Assembly: GCA_016861085.1 (NCBI GenBank)
Contig: BOKR01000001.1
Location: 67,271-131,270 of the forward strand
DNA: 64,000 bases
Source: Patescibacteria group bacterium
Lineage (GTDB): Bacteria; Patescibacteriota; Microgenomatia; UBA1400; PJMF01
Reading direction: 5' to 3'
Below the pieces are notes generated by a model. The model was not told the origin of the DNA and ran no database searches. It worked only from the letters and a program-made list of their open reading frames with translations. This document shows, piece after piece, positions 1-9,325 of this stretch. The position numbers and the translations under genes are program-made. The stretch's first letter is position 1. Each line of letters begins with the position of its first letter.

Positions 1-58
1 GCCCTTCACGCCCGGTTGTTAAAACGAAAGATGCTTTTGAGAGCCGGGCGTGAAGGGC
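1..58. repeat. GC-rich inverted repeat / hairpin (may extend beyond window start)
   Basis: gcccttcacgcccgg (1-15) is the perfect reverse complement of 44-58. Confidence 0.8.
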
Positions 59-206
59 AGTTGATCAAATACCGATTAAGCTGTTGTTCTAGTTTTTTTG
101 TTTCATTTTTTTGGAATTAAGTATTACTATTCTGTCTTGAGTTCTTGTTTTTGCGTAGTGATTTTGTTGCTGTTTGATGATAAAATTCTTAGTCTGAACT
201 TTAATC

Positions 207-278
207 GCCCAGGTAGTTCAGTGGCAGAACGCTTTCTTGGTAAGAAAGTGGTCGAGGGTTCGATTCCCTCTCTGGGCT
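207..278 (+). tRNA. tRNA-Thr(GGT)
   Basis: Cloverleaf: acceptor GCCCAGG/TCTGGGC, anticodon arm ctttc-tt-GGT-aa-gaaag, T loop GGTTCGATTCC. Confidence 0.97.
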
Positions 279-330
279 CAGTTTGCCTCAAGGTGATATA
301 CTTTTTGGCAGACACTTAAAAATTGAATAT

Positions 331-413
331 GCCAAGTTACCCAAGTGGTCAACGGGGGCAGACTGTAAATCTGCTGACTTTCGTCTTCGTAGGTTCGAAT
401 CCTTCACTTGGCA
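331..413 (+). tRNA. tRNA-Tyr(GTA)
   Basis: Acceptor GCCAAGT/ACTTGGC, anticodon arm gcaga-ct-GTA-aa-tctgc, long variable arm, GGTTCGAATCC. Confidence 0.97.
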
Positions 414-451
414 CAAACCGGGAATTGGCCCGGCACACAAAAGTGTGGAGT

Positions 452-524
452 GCCACCTTAGCTCATTCGGTAGAGCATCTGTTTTGTAACCAGAAGGTGC
501 GGGGTTCGAATCCCCGAGGTGGCT
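452..524 (+). tRNA. tRNA-Thr(TGT)
   Basis: Acceptor GCCACCT/AGGTGGC, anticodon TGT at 485-487, GGTTCGAATCC. Confidence 0.97.
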
Positions 525-577
525 CAGACTTGTGATATAATACCAGTCTATTTTTAAAAAGAAGAAAGATAAAAACT

Positions 578-787
578 ATGGCAGGCGCAAAAAAGAAAAA
601 AGGTCCACGACAAATTACTGGTTTACAATGTAGTGTTTGTAAAGCATTTGGATACGTTACCGAATATAACAAGAACAACGAGATTTTAATGAAACAAACA
701 AAAAATGTTTCTACTTTTCCATTGAGCAAATACTGTAAAGTATGTCAAAAACATACTGACCACAAACAAATGAAGAAATTGAAATAA
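578..787 (+). CDS. rpmG: 50S ribosomal protein L33 (Zn-ribbon type)
   Basis: Small basic protein with LQCSVC...KYCKVCQKHTDH; lies after the Thr-Tyr-Thr tRNA cluster. Confidence 0.9.
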   Translation: MAGAKKKKGPRQITGLQCSVCKAFGYVTEYNKNNEILMKQTKNVSTFPLSKYCKVCQKHTDHKQMKKLK

Positions 788-811
788 TCTATCTTTTTAG
801 AGAAAGTATTG

Positions 812-838
812 AAGCCCTCAAGAAATTGAGGGCTTTTT
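812..838 (+). terminator. Intrinsic terminator after rpmG
   Basis: aagccctcaa-gaaa-ttgagggctt followed by a T run. Confidence 0.85.
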
Positions 839-867
839 ATTTATTCTAATTTTAGTAAAATGCTCCT

Positions 868-1128
868 ATGAAAAGAGAAATTATGGATGAGTCAATAAAA
901 CAAGAGGCAAGACTTATTGTACAAGAAATCCGCACTCAGAAAGAACAAAAGAGATTAATTGATTTATCAAAGTTAGAAGCTTTTGCGAATAGGCTGGGTG
1001 GTAATCATCCAGTTGTAACGTCGATGCTCGATGAGGTTGAAGCAATGGGCATTGATGTTGTTGAAAGGATTTTAAAGCAACATGCAGATAAAAAAATGGG
1101 ACTCAGAAGGTTCACTCTAGCCAAATAG
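868..1128 (+). CDS. Hypothetical protein
   Basis: 86 aa ORF with TAAAAT -10 box 6 nt upstream of ATG; no recognisable motif. Confidence 0.6.
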   Translation: MKREIMDESIKQEARLIVQEIRTQKEQKRLIDLSKLEAFANRLGGNHPVVTSMLDEVEAMGIDVVERILKQHADKKMGLRRFTLAK

Positions 1129-1136
1129 AGATAGGC

Positions 1137-2453
1137 TTACTTAAATTTTTTCACAACTTCAATAATCTCTCTTGCTCCATGTAGGAAGAGAGGATCGATT
1201 CTCTGAGCATTATTCATCGCTTTTTCTACCCATGACTGAGCTTTCCCTTGAGCCGAGGTTAAGACTTCCAGTTGTGCTGCAATATTTTCTGTCAAAGCTA
1301 CCCGTGAGATTTCTTTTTGTTCAAAAACTTCTCTGATTTTTTCTTCCCATTCGCCCCATTCATCTAGGGTTAGTATAAAAGAGCCAGATGCAACAGCATC
1401 ATAAGCCATATCTCCAGAAGGTTTCGTAATAAAACCATGTGCCCATGGAAATGCATATTTGATGAGATCTTCGTTGGCGTCTATGAGCTGAGGATGGTAC
1501 AAAACTCTTAGTTCCGCCTTCTTATCATTCTTTAGGCCAACTTTGACCCGATTTTCTTTGGCAATTCTGAGTATTTCATCTCTGATGTCTTTGTGTGTGC
1601 CTGCATATACTAAAAGTTTAAAACTACAGTTTTTTTGTTTAAGTCTGGGGATGAGTTGTTCAACAACTTGCAGCATTTCTTTGCTATTGGTGCCTAGACC
1701 ACCAGTGGTAAGGCATAAATTAAGGCAGCCATTTCTCCAAGGAAGTTTTTTCTCTCTGCAAGCAACGATTCTTGGGTCGACGGGCGGACCGGTAACAATA
1801 ACTCTATCTGGATTTGCCTCTTTACCCATGAGAGCAGCTTTTTCAAGGAATTCGGTTTTTGTTTGTTCATTAAAAACACAAAAGAGCGCAGTATCTTTAT
1901 CAGCAAAAAACACGTATTCATCCCGAACATGAGGATCGGTGATTACCTGTACAACTCGTTTTCCTTGCCCAATTAATATATTCCCTGCAGCAATGTGAAG
2001 TGAAAGTATTGGATACTTAATGTTTTCAGTTAAGTGAAGGAGCGGAGGTGTGATGCTTTTTAAGATTGGAAGGCTTTGACGAGCAAATTTATCAATAAAA
2101 TCTTTAATAGCTTTAAGACTTGGGTTACGAGCTAGGAGTTTACCGATATCTTCTGTTAATAAGATAGAGCGCCATTGCTTATGTGAAACATAGTTAGTTG
2201 GATCAACGACCCACATTTTACTTGGATCAACCTTATTTCCCCAAGCCTTGACGGCAATACCGGCAGCCATAGAATAGTGGGCTCTTGAGAACACAACATC
2301 AGGGATAGTGTCGTCAGTGGGATATCCATGTACGCGTTTGAGATCTTCTCGATAGGCTGCTGAAACAGTAACTGTAGGAATTTTTGTCTTTTCCAACAAC
2401 TCCTTATCTTTACGTAGTGTCTTGATTAGAAATTTGTCAAAAAGTTCGGGCAT
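1137..2453 (-). CDS. GT-B glycosyltransferase, MGDG synthase/UgtP(GT28)-like
   Basis: VITDPH, VTGPPVDP, LTTGGLG and FITKPSG..YDAVASG motifs resemble diacylglycerol glycosyltransferases. Confidence 0.7.
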   Translation of the reverse strand: MPELFDKFLIKTLRKDKELLEKTKIPTVTVSAAYREDLKRVHGYPTDDTIPDVVFSRAHYSMAAGIAVKAWGNKVDPSKMWVVDPTNYVSHKQWRSILLTEDIGKLLARNPSLKAIKDFIDKFARQSLPILKSITPPLLHLTENIKYPILSLHIAAGNILIGQGKRVVQVITDPHVRDEYVFFADKDTALFCVFNEQTKTEFLEKAALMGKEANPDRVIVTGPPVDPRIVACREKKLPWRNGCLNLCLTTGGLGTNSKEMLQVVEQLIPRLKQKNCSFKLLVYAGTHKDIRDEILRIAKENRVKVGLKNDKKAELRVLYHPQLIDANEDLIKYAFPWAHGFITKPSGDMAYDAVASGSFILTLDEWGEWEEKIREVFEQKEISRVALTENIAAQLEVLTSAQGKAQSWVEKAMNNAQRIDPLFLHGAREIIEVVKKFK

Positions 2454-2557
2454 GGAGTTAGTATAGCGTATATAAGAAACCCAAGAATAGTGGTTGTTTT
2501 GAAAAATAATACTGATAGAATATTCGCATATTAGGTTATGTAACCCTATTAAAAGGT

Positions 2558-3232
2558 ATGATTAGTAATTCGAGCAAGAAAACGGAAGCAATCGTGTTAA
2601 GAAAGGCAGGAAGGTCCTTGCGCCAGATTTCTGAGGAGTTGTGTATTTCAAAAAGTACTGCTTCATTGTGGGTTAGAAACATTGAGCTTGATGAAAAAGC
2701 ACTTGCTAAGATAAAAAATAGTACCTTAGCTGGGCAACAAAGAGCAATTCAAACAAGGAAGTTAAAGAAAAAAATGGCCCAGGAAGAGATAAAAAAAGCT
2801 GCTGGTAGAGTTTTTACAGAAATGAACCCTTCGAAAGAATTTCTAAAATTGGTAGGTGCTGTCCTTTTTTGGACTGAGGGTAGTAAGTCAGGTAGTTTCG
2901 TCTCATTTATTAATTCTGACTCTAAAATGATAGAATTATTCCTGTTTACATTAAGAACAGCGTTTAAGATAGATGAAAGCAAATTGAGAGCACTGGTTCA
3001 TTTTCATGAATACCATGAAGAAAGTGAACTAAAGAAATATTGGTCGTTAGTTACTGGGATACCTGTGAATCAATTTAGCAAAAGTTACAAAAAACCAAAC
3101 ACTGGAATTAGAAAGAAGGCTGGCTATTTGGGAAGCCTTAGGATAAGATACTACGACGTTAAGGTTGCACAAGAGTTGACTGAGATTTATACTATGCTTC
3201 CTGAGGTATTAAAACATAGGGTTATAATGTAA
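2558..3232 (+). CDS. HTH + degenerate LAGLIDADG-like domain protein; overlaps tRNA-Trp
   Basis: N-terminal HTH (LRKAGRSLRQISEELCISKSTASLW); GAVLFWTEGSK..VSFINSD..MIELFL resembles a LAGLIDADG helix and following strand. Confidence 0.7.
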   Translation: MISNSSKKTEAIVLRKAGRSLRQISEELCISKSTASLWVRNIELDEKALAKIKNSTLAGQQRAIQTRKLKKKMAQEEIKKAAGRVFTEMNPSKEFLKLVGAVLFWTEGSKSGSFVSFINSDSKMIELFLFTLRTAFKIDESKLRALVHFHEYHEESELKKYWSLVTGIPVNQFSKSYKKPNTGIRKKAGYLGSLRIRYYDVKVAQELTEIYTMLPEVLKHRVIM

Positions 3233-3288
3233 TGGTAGCATTAGTGTCTCCAAAACACTCCGTCCAGGTTCGAATCCTGGTAGCCCTG
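3218..3288 (+). tRNA. tRNA-Trp(CCA)
   Basis: Acceptor AGGGTTA/TAGCCCT, anticodon arm agtgt-ct-CCA-aa-acact, CCAGGTTCGAATCCTGG. Confidence 0.95.
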
Positions 3289-3339
3289 CAAATATCTTAT
3301 AATATTTACTTATTTTCATTTTACTGATATAATCTCCTC

Positions 3340-4113
3340 ATGAAAAAGACATTGGTTAATCCAGCAGAACTGCAAATGGGTGCTAGAACAGTAATTTCCC
3401 CAGAAGCATTTGATAAGCTCTTAGAAACAAAGAATATCTCGTTGGCCCTAATAAGGGCATGGACAGTTATGCCACTTTCAAGATATATGGATGATCTGAA
3501 TGGATTTAATACTCATAATCAACAATGGATTCAAAGGCTTCCAACAGAAGAGAAAAAGTCAGGTTTTCTTTTTTTAGGTAAGAAGCAGGAAGTTTTTCCA
3601 ACAGAACAAGAAGTTTTAAGTCTTTTTCAACAAATCCGCAGGTACTATGGATGGCAGTCAGGTATGAGCGATTTATTGAGGGGTACTTATCCGAAAATAG
3701 CTGAACAATTATATCAAGGCGATTATTCATCAGTTGTGCATCTTGGTTGCATATATTCAAAGTATGCCCCTTTGGACAGTTGGGACAAGGTGTATAAGAT
3801 GGTTGAAGAGGGTAATACTTATCCTCATTCGAAACCAAATCACCAGACAATTCAAAAAGGAATTGATCTACTTAAAAGAGCTGTAGGGAGAGTATCTTTG
3901 GTTAACAAGATATACAAGGAAGCTTCTCTGCGGCAAGGAGTTCACGTAATATATGGAGGAGATAGTTTTCTTGATTTTTACAGGATATCCCAAAGAAATG
4001 AAAGACTAGATAGTGCAGTCTGGAATGCAACTAGGATGGAAACTCGTATTCCCCTAAAATTTGCTACAGCAGTTCTACCACTTGGTATTTATGAGAGAGA
4101 AAAACTCATCTGA
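3340..4113 (+). CDS. Hypothetical protein
   Basis: 257 aa ORF with TG-n-TATAAT 6 nt upstream of ATG. Confidence 0.7.
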   Translation: MKKTLVNPAELQMGARTVISPEAFDKLLETKNISLALIRAWTVMPLSRYMDDLNGFNTHNQQWIQRLPTEEKKSGFLFLGKKQEVFPTEQEVLSLFQQIRRYYGWQSGMSDLLRGTYPKIAEQLYQGDYSSVVHLGCIYSKYAPLDSWDKVYKMVEEGNTYPHSKPNHQTIQKGIDLLKRAVGRVSLVNKIYKEASLRQGVHVIYGGDSFLDFYRISQRNERLDSAVWNATRMETRIPLKFATAVLPLGIYEREKLI

Positions 4114-4141
4114 CTTGTGATTGTAGTATACTCAACTACAT

Positions 4142-4531
4142 ATGAAATTAGATGCAGTTGGAGTCGTCTCTACAGACCTTTCTAAAACAATTACCTTTTA
4201 TAAATTACTGGGTTTTTCTTTTGGTGAACTAACCTCAGACGGAAAACATGTTGAGAGTGAGCCAAGTGAAGGTTTTGCAAGGCTGATGATTGATACTCAA
4301 GATGTTATCGAAGCTATCATTGGGGAAACACCAAGACCAGGGAACCATTCAAGTTTTGCAGTGAATTATTCTAGTCCTGACGAAGTTGATGATGTTGTGA
4401 AGAAGGTTGCAGAGTCAGGTTTTATGGTTGTCAAAGAACCTTGGGATGCATTCTGGGGGCAACGGTATGCAGTGGTTGAAGATCCAGATGGATATAAAGT
4501 TGATTTATATGCGCAGTTAGAGAACCATTGA
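4142..4531 (+). CDS. VOC/glyoxalase family protein
   Basis: DLSKTITFYKLLGF; EPWDAFWGQRYAVVEDPDGYKVDL. Confidence 0.9.
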   Translation: MKLDAVGVVSTDLSKTITFYKLLGFSFGELTSDGKHVESEPSEGFARLMIDTQDVIEAIIGETPRPGNHSSFAVNYSSPDEVDDVVKKVAESGFMVVKEPWDAFWGQRYAVVEDPDGYKVDLYAQLENH

Positions 4532-4609
4532 TCAGTCAAGCTATTTAGTGTTGACATTTTTTATAATGTGGGCTTGAATAAGGTAAGTACTAATACCTAA
4601 ATGGAATAA

Positions 4610-4939
4610 ATGCAAGAAACTTTTAGTTCAAGAATGCTTTTGATAGTTATTTTGTTGATCCTAGCTGGAATAGCTACCTATTTTATTGCTAATTCAAATC
4701 GACCAGCTCAAAATGGTGATGGTACTACCGTTCCAACACCCGCAGCATCGCCAGATGAACAGGTTTTTTGTACTTTAGACGCAAAACAGTGTCCTGATGG
4801 TAGTTATGTTGGAAGAGTCCCGCCAAATTGTGAATTTGCCCCATGTCCTGATTTCGATGCTACAGATGATCCGGACGCGATGATGGAAGGATCCGGAGAA
4901 GTGCAAGTAGATCCAATTCAGTTACAAGTGTCATACTAA
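4610..4939 (+). CDS. Membrane-anchored small protein with 4-Cys motif
   Basis: N-terminal TM helix, P/T linker, CTLDAKQCPDGSYVGRVPPNCEFAPCP. Confidence 0.75.
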   Translation: MQETFSSRMLLIVILLILAGIATYFIANSNRPAQNGDGTTVPTPAASPDEQVFCTLDAKQCPDGSYVGRVPPNCEFAPCPDFDATDDPDAMMEGSGEVQVDPIQLQVSY

Positions 4940-4969
4940 TAGCGAAAATAAATACTGTATAGTATCAGT

Positions 4970-5812
4970 ATGAGCAATTCACCAGAGCACAGACCGCTTT
5001 CAAAAGTAAAATTGTACAATTTTTCAGTTGGTGGGTTTATTTCTGATAGATCATTTTTAGCACAAGACGAAATTACAAAAACAGGCGTAGCCCAAGCGCA
5101 AGAAGTGATTAACAAGAGGGAAGAGGGATTGCTTGTATATTTTGCCCATCTGGGTTTGTTGGACATCTTTGGGACGGCAGCAGTAATGGAGGATTTTGCC
5201 GATTTCAAGGCAGTTTTTCCGGTAGCCGCATCTTGGTTTTATTTTCCTGCACTTCGTCCCATTTTTGAGCAGCTCATTAGACAAGTTCCACATGAGTTTA
5301 TTCCAGTTTTTCGCAAAGAAGAGTTGGGAACGTCTTCTGAAGATGTAGCGGTTATTAATTTTTCTGGTTTGTCTCAGGAAGAAATGAAGTCAGCAAATCG
5401 GGCCTATGCAAAAAAGGCTGAAGAAAACTTGCACGATGGTGGAGTAGTTATGCTTGCTCCCTATGGGGGTAGAGCGCCATTATTTGAACACTTGCGAAGT
5501 GGTTCTATTCGATTGTTGCAGTCGGGGCGGCCTGTTATTTTTTCTTTGACTCACTGGAATTGGCGCAAACTCAAATATGAAGTATTTTTTTCGAAAGTAT
5601 ATCGGTTTTCTGAGGAGCTTTCAAAAGATGATGCACATAATACAATTTATACTGAGTATGCACGCATGGCGCAGTTATGTGGGGTGACCAGAAAACAAAT
5701 GCTTGAATCAAAATCTGGTTCACCAGTATCTAGAGGAGCATGGAAATTTTTATCAAAACTAATAACACTTGCAGTATTGCGTGATGAAGAAAAAAGACGT
5801 CCAAAAGGATGA
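4970..5812 (+). CDS. Lysophospholipid acyltransferase (PlsC-like) superfamily protein
   Basis: FAHLGLLD (HxxxxD), FIPVFR, VMLAPYGGR (FPEGxR-like). Confidence 0.65.
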   Translation: MSNSPEHRPLSKVKLYNFSVGGFISDRSFLAQDEITKTGVAQAQEVINKREEGLLVYFAHLGLLDIFGTAAVMEDFADFKAVFPVAASWFYFPALRPIFEQLIRQVPHEFIPVFRKEELGTSSEDVAVINFSGLSQEEMKSANRAYAKKAEENLHDGGVVMLAPYGGRAPLFEHLRSGSIRLLQSGRPVIFSLTHWNWRKLKYEVFFSKVYRFSEELSKDDAHNTIYTEYARMAQLCGVTRKQMLESKSGSPVSRGAWKFLSKLITLAVLRDEEKRRPKG

Positions 5813-5813
5813 T

Positions 5814-6446
5814 TTAAAAAAGCGATTTTATTTTTAAGACAATCCACTGCCAGAGCGTCAGTTCTTTGTTCTCTTCAACACTTATCTGAGTGTTTGCAGA
5901 AGGAGGTAGAGTTGGGGTTGGAGGGGTAAGATTCTTATTTTGAAATGGCATTGGTGTACCTGAAGGAAGTAAGTTTGCAATACCGTTTTGCAATTCAGTT
6001 TCAGTAAATGTTTTTCCACAAGTTTCAGGAGATTTTTGGCCAACCAGATACACGGGCTTATTTTTTTCTGTCTCTTCGTAAATATCAAAGAACACTGTTG
6101 GACTTGGAAAATACCAACAGTAATCTGTTGTTGCTACTTCTTTTGAAGTACACGAAAAGATACTATTTTCAGGATTGATGATGGTTAATGATGCTTCTCC
6201 AGAGTCATTGGTGACTATTTCGTGGAGTGCTATTTCGGATTCTAAAACACCGTCTATTTTTTTGGGAAGTTGCTTACAGATAATAGTTTGATTATTGATT
6301 GGATCTTCGAGGTCTGTCTGGACGATAATTGTTCGTGAACCACTTGTCTGAGCAAATACAATGTTTCCCTGTCCTGTAGTAAAGACGAAAATTGAGAATA
6401 AAATGATGACTGGTATGAATAAGGCTTCGTGCCCAACATTTTTCAT
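5814..6446 (-). CDS. Hypothetical exported protein
   Basis: Signal peptide ending VFA-Q; Pro/Thr-rich C-terminal linker. Confidence 0.65.
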   Translation of the reverse strand: MKNVGHEALFIPVIILFSIFVFTTGQGNIVFAQTSGSRTIIVQTDLEDPINNQTIICKQLPKKIDGVLESEIALHEIVTNDSGEASLTIINPENSIFSCTSKEVATTDYCWYFPSPTVFFDIYEETEKNKPVYLVGQKSPETCGKTFTETELQNGIANLLPSGTPMPFQNKNLTPPTPTLPPSANTQISVEENKELTLWQWIVLKIKSLF

Positions 6447-6475
6447 TGCAGATGTAAGTGTAACATACTAGAAAT

Positions 6476-7717
6476 TTATCCACGACCTGCAAGAATGTTC
6501 CGGATGGCTTGTTCGACACTAAGTCTTGGTTCAGAATATCGAGACTCATCAATTTCCCATGAGGGGGCAAGCGTAAAATGTTCTTTTTTAATATTTTCTG
6601 GTTCAATAAGCTGGTAATCTATGCCTTGTATAAATCCGGCATGCTTTAGCTCCCCGTGAAGGTAGTCATGATGTTTTTGAGGCAAACATATTGTCGATAT
6701 AATTCCTTGTTTACTAGCAATTAATATATAATTAATAAGACTAATTTTCTCTTGATCTCCTTTCGGAGGTAACCATGCTACTCTTAATCTTTGGCCATGC
6801 ATCGATCTGACAAACATATATTTGACTTGTTCCGATGGTTGTAGCAGTACCATTTGGGAGTCTGGTTGCATATGTGCGGTAACATTGTAGTAAGCTTCCT
6901 CATCAAGACTTTTCACTATTTTTCTTGAGTTACCTTCTACTTTATCAATAATTTTGTTCTGTGTTACCTGTTGTCCGGGGAAGACTATAGAACGTACCTT
7001 GCTTTTGTTCCAGAGAGATTCAATGATAGCGCTGATGAAGTGCGCGTCACCGCCACCTCCTGAGAGTTTAATAACACACACATTTTCTTGTTCAAATATT
7101 TCTGTAAATCCTAATTCTTTGAGTTTGTGTGTGCTCAGCTCTTGGAAACCTTTTTGAGGATCAACCGGGTAAATGAGTTGAACGTATTCTAGTCCATGCT
7201 CACTTTTCATTATTTCATAAGCGTTTCGATTCCAGACCAAATAGTTAATGTTTCTTTGAGCCTCAGTAGGTTTTCTATATGGGGATAATTTTCCCATAGC
7301 ATCTGGTAAAACCATGATCACAGTGAATTTTCTACCATTAATTGAAACTCTGGTAGCTGCTTCACCCATCATGTTTTGTGGAGTAAGAAAAAAATGAGCT
7401 CTAGGATTGTTCTTTAACGCATTCTTAATAAACCGTTCCAAAGAACTAATAAATGGTTTTGTTTTTATAGAGTCTCTTAGTTGTGCGCTATTTTTTGTGT
7501 ATTCAATTGCTTCATCAACGTTTTGAGATGAACTTGTATGTACTCTTCTTGCAATGTCGATCCAAAAGCCAGCTGGATTTTCACCAATTATGTCAAACCC
7601 TGCATCTTTGAGTATTTTGTTGATCGCCAGCCTTTCGACCCGATTGCCCCAGCCAATCTCGGGTGTTGTACTATATATCTGTACTTTTTCCGGTTCTTTT
7701 TGTAGGGCTCTAATCAT
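6476..7717 (-). CDS. Divergent GT-B fold glycosyltransferase-like protein
   Basis: TTPEIGWGN (GxGH-like), VLPD and LSGGGG motifs placed as in MurG/UgtP-like enzymes. Confidence 0.45.
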   Translation of the reverse strand: MIRALQKEPEKVQIYSTTPEIGWGNRVERLAINKILKDAGFDIIGENPAGFWIDIARRVHTSSSQNVDEAIEYTKNSAQLRDSIKTKPFISSLERFIKNALKNNPRAHFFLTPQNMMGEAATRVSINGRKFTVIMVLPDAMGKLSPYRKPTEAQRNINYLVWNRNAYEIMKSEHGLEYVQLIYPVDPQKGFQELSTHKLKELGFTEIFEQENVCVIKLSGGGGDAHFISAIIESLWNKSKVRSIVFPGQQVTQNKIIDKVEGNSRKIVKSLDEEAYYNVTAHMQPDSQMVLLQPSEQVKYMFVRSMHGQRLRVAWLPPKGDQEKISLINYILIASKQGIISTICLPQKHHDYLHGELKHAGFIQGIDYQLIEPENIKKEHFTLAPSWEIDESRYSEPRLSVEQAIRNILAGRG

Positions 7718-8354
7718 AGTTGAGGTTATTTTCCTCTAAAAGAGTTGTTGTTTCCCCATGTCCAGGATAACAAATTGTTTCTGGTGGTAAAGTAGCGAAT
7801 AATTTTTGTATTGATTTTTGTAAGTCCCTGGGAGATGAATACTCAAAATCAGTACGGCCAACACCTGCTTTAAAGAGTGTATCCCCAGTGAAGAGCAAGG
7901 GTTGTGGTTCGTTTGCAAATAAAACGATTGATCCTGGAGTATGTCCTGGGGTTTCGTATACAACAAGTGACGACTTGCCAATTTGTATGAGAGATCCTTC
8001 TGATAATGGCTTTGTTTCTTGTGGAACGGGGTCAACTTCTTGTTTGAGCCAATATTTTCCACTAGACTGGGCTTTTTTAAGCAATTGCGTATCTTTCTGG
8101 TTCATAAAAATAGGAATATCAAAATTTAATTTTAGTTCTAAACTTCCCAAAACATGATCAAAGTGAGCGTGTGTAAATAATATACAAAGTGGTGTTAATT
8201 TAAGATCGAGAATTGTTTGAGTAATAAAATCACCACTATCAGCAGGATCAATAACTATACATTCATTAGTTTGTTTGCAGTATGCAATATAGCAATTAGT
8301 TTCGAGCTGTCCTATGGTTAAAGTTTCAACTTGTAGATTGTTTTTTTGCAACAT
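7710..8354 (-). CDS. MBL-fold metallo-hydrolase (glyoxalase II-like)
   Basis: THAHFDH, TPGHTPGS, TGDTLF, YPGHG. Confidence 0.92.
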   Translation of the reverse strand: MLQKNNLQVETLTIGQLETNCYIAYCKQTNECIVIDPADSGDFITQTILDLKLTPLCILFTHAHFDHVLGSLELKLNFDIPIFMNQKDTQLLKKAQSSGKYWLKQEVDPVPQETKPLSEGSLIQIGKSSLVVYETPGHTPGSIVLFANEPQPLLFTGDTLFKAGVGRTDFEYSSPRDLQKSIQKLFATLPPETICYPGHGETTTLLEENNLNYD

Positions 8355-8363
8355 GATAGCAAT

Positions 8364-9008
8364 TTATAGAACCCAAAAATTAGAGAGTAGGGTGACTACG
8401 AACTCGATTATGGGAGAAATTAATTGCGAAATGGCACTCCTTGACCCAAAAAGAGGGAGGATGAGAGCTAGAAGCACAAGATTACCGTATCGGCTCATAA
8501 ACAGTTCATATTCAAGTGCAATTTCTTTGGGCAAAATTGCTTGCGCAATTTTGCTGCCGTCAAGTGGATACACAGGCACAAGATTAAAAATTGCGAGCAT
8601 GACATTAATAAAAATAAGAGGCAAAAGGATACCTATTGCCAGACCTTGTAGGTTGAAAACACCAATGATTAGAGATAGTAGTGTAGCCAACAGAATATTT
8701 GAAGCTGGTCCGGCCAAAGCTATTAAAGCAGTGTCTTTTTTAGGATCTTTGAGGTTATACGGATCAAATTGTACTGGTTTTCCCCAACCAAAACCAATCA
8801 GTAGGATTGCTATTGTTCCTAAGGGGTCAAGGTGTGCGCGAGGATCTAAGGTGACTCTGCCTTGGTATCGTGGAGTCGGGTCACCAAGTTTGTCTGCAAC
8901 AAAAGCGTGAGCAAACTCATGGATAGTCACTGAAATAACTAATCCTGCAGCTACAATGACAAAGCTGAGTGGGTCTGAAAAAAGTAATGAAAGTAATCCT
9001 GATCTCAT
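8364..9008 (-). CDS. Site-2 protease (M50 family)
   Basis: HEFAH, ALAGPASN, FNLVPVYPLDG. Confidence 0.93.
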   Translation of the reverse strand: MRSGLLSLLFSDPLSFVIVAAGLVISVTIHEFAHAFVADKLGDPTPRYQGRVTLDPRAHLDPLGTIAILLIGFGWGKPVQFDPYNLKDPKKDTALIALAGPASNILLATLLSLIIGVFNLQGLAIGILLPLIFINVMLAIFNLVPVYPLDGSKIAQAILPKEIALEYELFMSRYGNLVLLALILPLFGSRSAISQLISPIIEFVVTLLSNFWVL

Positions 9009-9093
9009 GATTTTTGATTATACAGTATTTTTTAGCAATTTAGTCTGCTTTTGAGTTTGCTAATATTTTGGGTTCGTTGTATAATTCCTTTCT

Positions 9094-9306
9094 ATGTCAA
9101 GTTTTGCATTCAAACATAAATCAACTGCGCATGTCGGACACAATGTGTCTCATGCCAAAAATAAAACTAAAAGAAAGTTTAGATATAACTTACACACTGT
9201 TACAGTTGTTGTAGATGGTATCAAACAAAAAATGAGAGTTCCAAGCAGGGTTTTAAAAACCCTCAAACAATCAGGTTTAACCACACACTGGAGAAAACCA
9301 GAGTAG
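9094..9306 (+). CDS. rpmB: 50S ribosomal protein L28 (Cys-free)
   Basis: GHNVSHAKNKTKRKFRYNL signature. Confidence 0.9.
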   Translation: MSSFAFKHKSTAHVGHNVSHAKNKTKRKFRYNLHTVTVVVDGIKQKMRVPSRVLKTLKQSGLTTHWRKPE

Positions 9307-9325
9307 AGTAATTGTTTTGATAATT

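Noticed and set aside
98-535. Short ORFs 98-319, 127-315, 283-489 and 323-535
   Set aside because: They overlap three well-formed tRNA genes and are shadow ORFs.
3218-3288. UGA recoding (genetic code 25 or 4) as in some CPR lineages
   Set aside because: Conserved genes are full length under code 11, several end in TGA, and tRNA-Trp has anticodon CCA.
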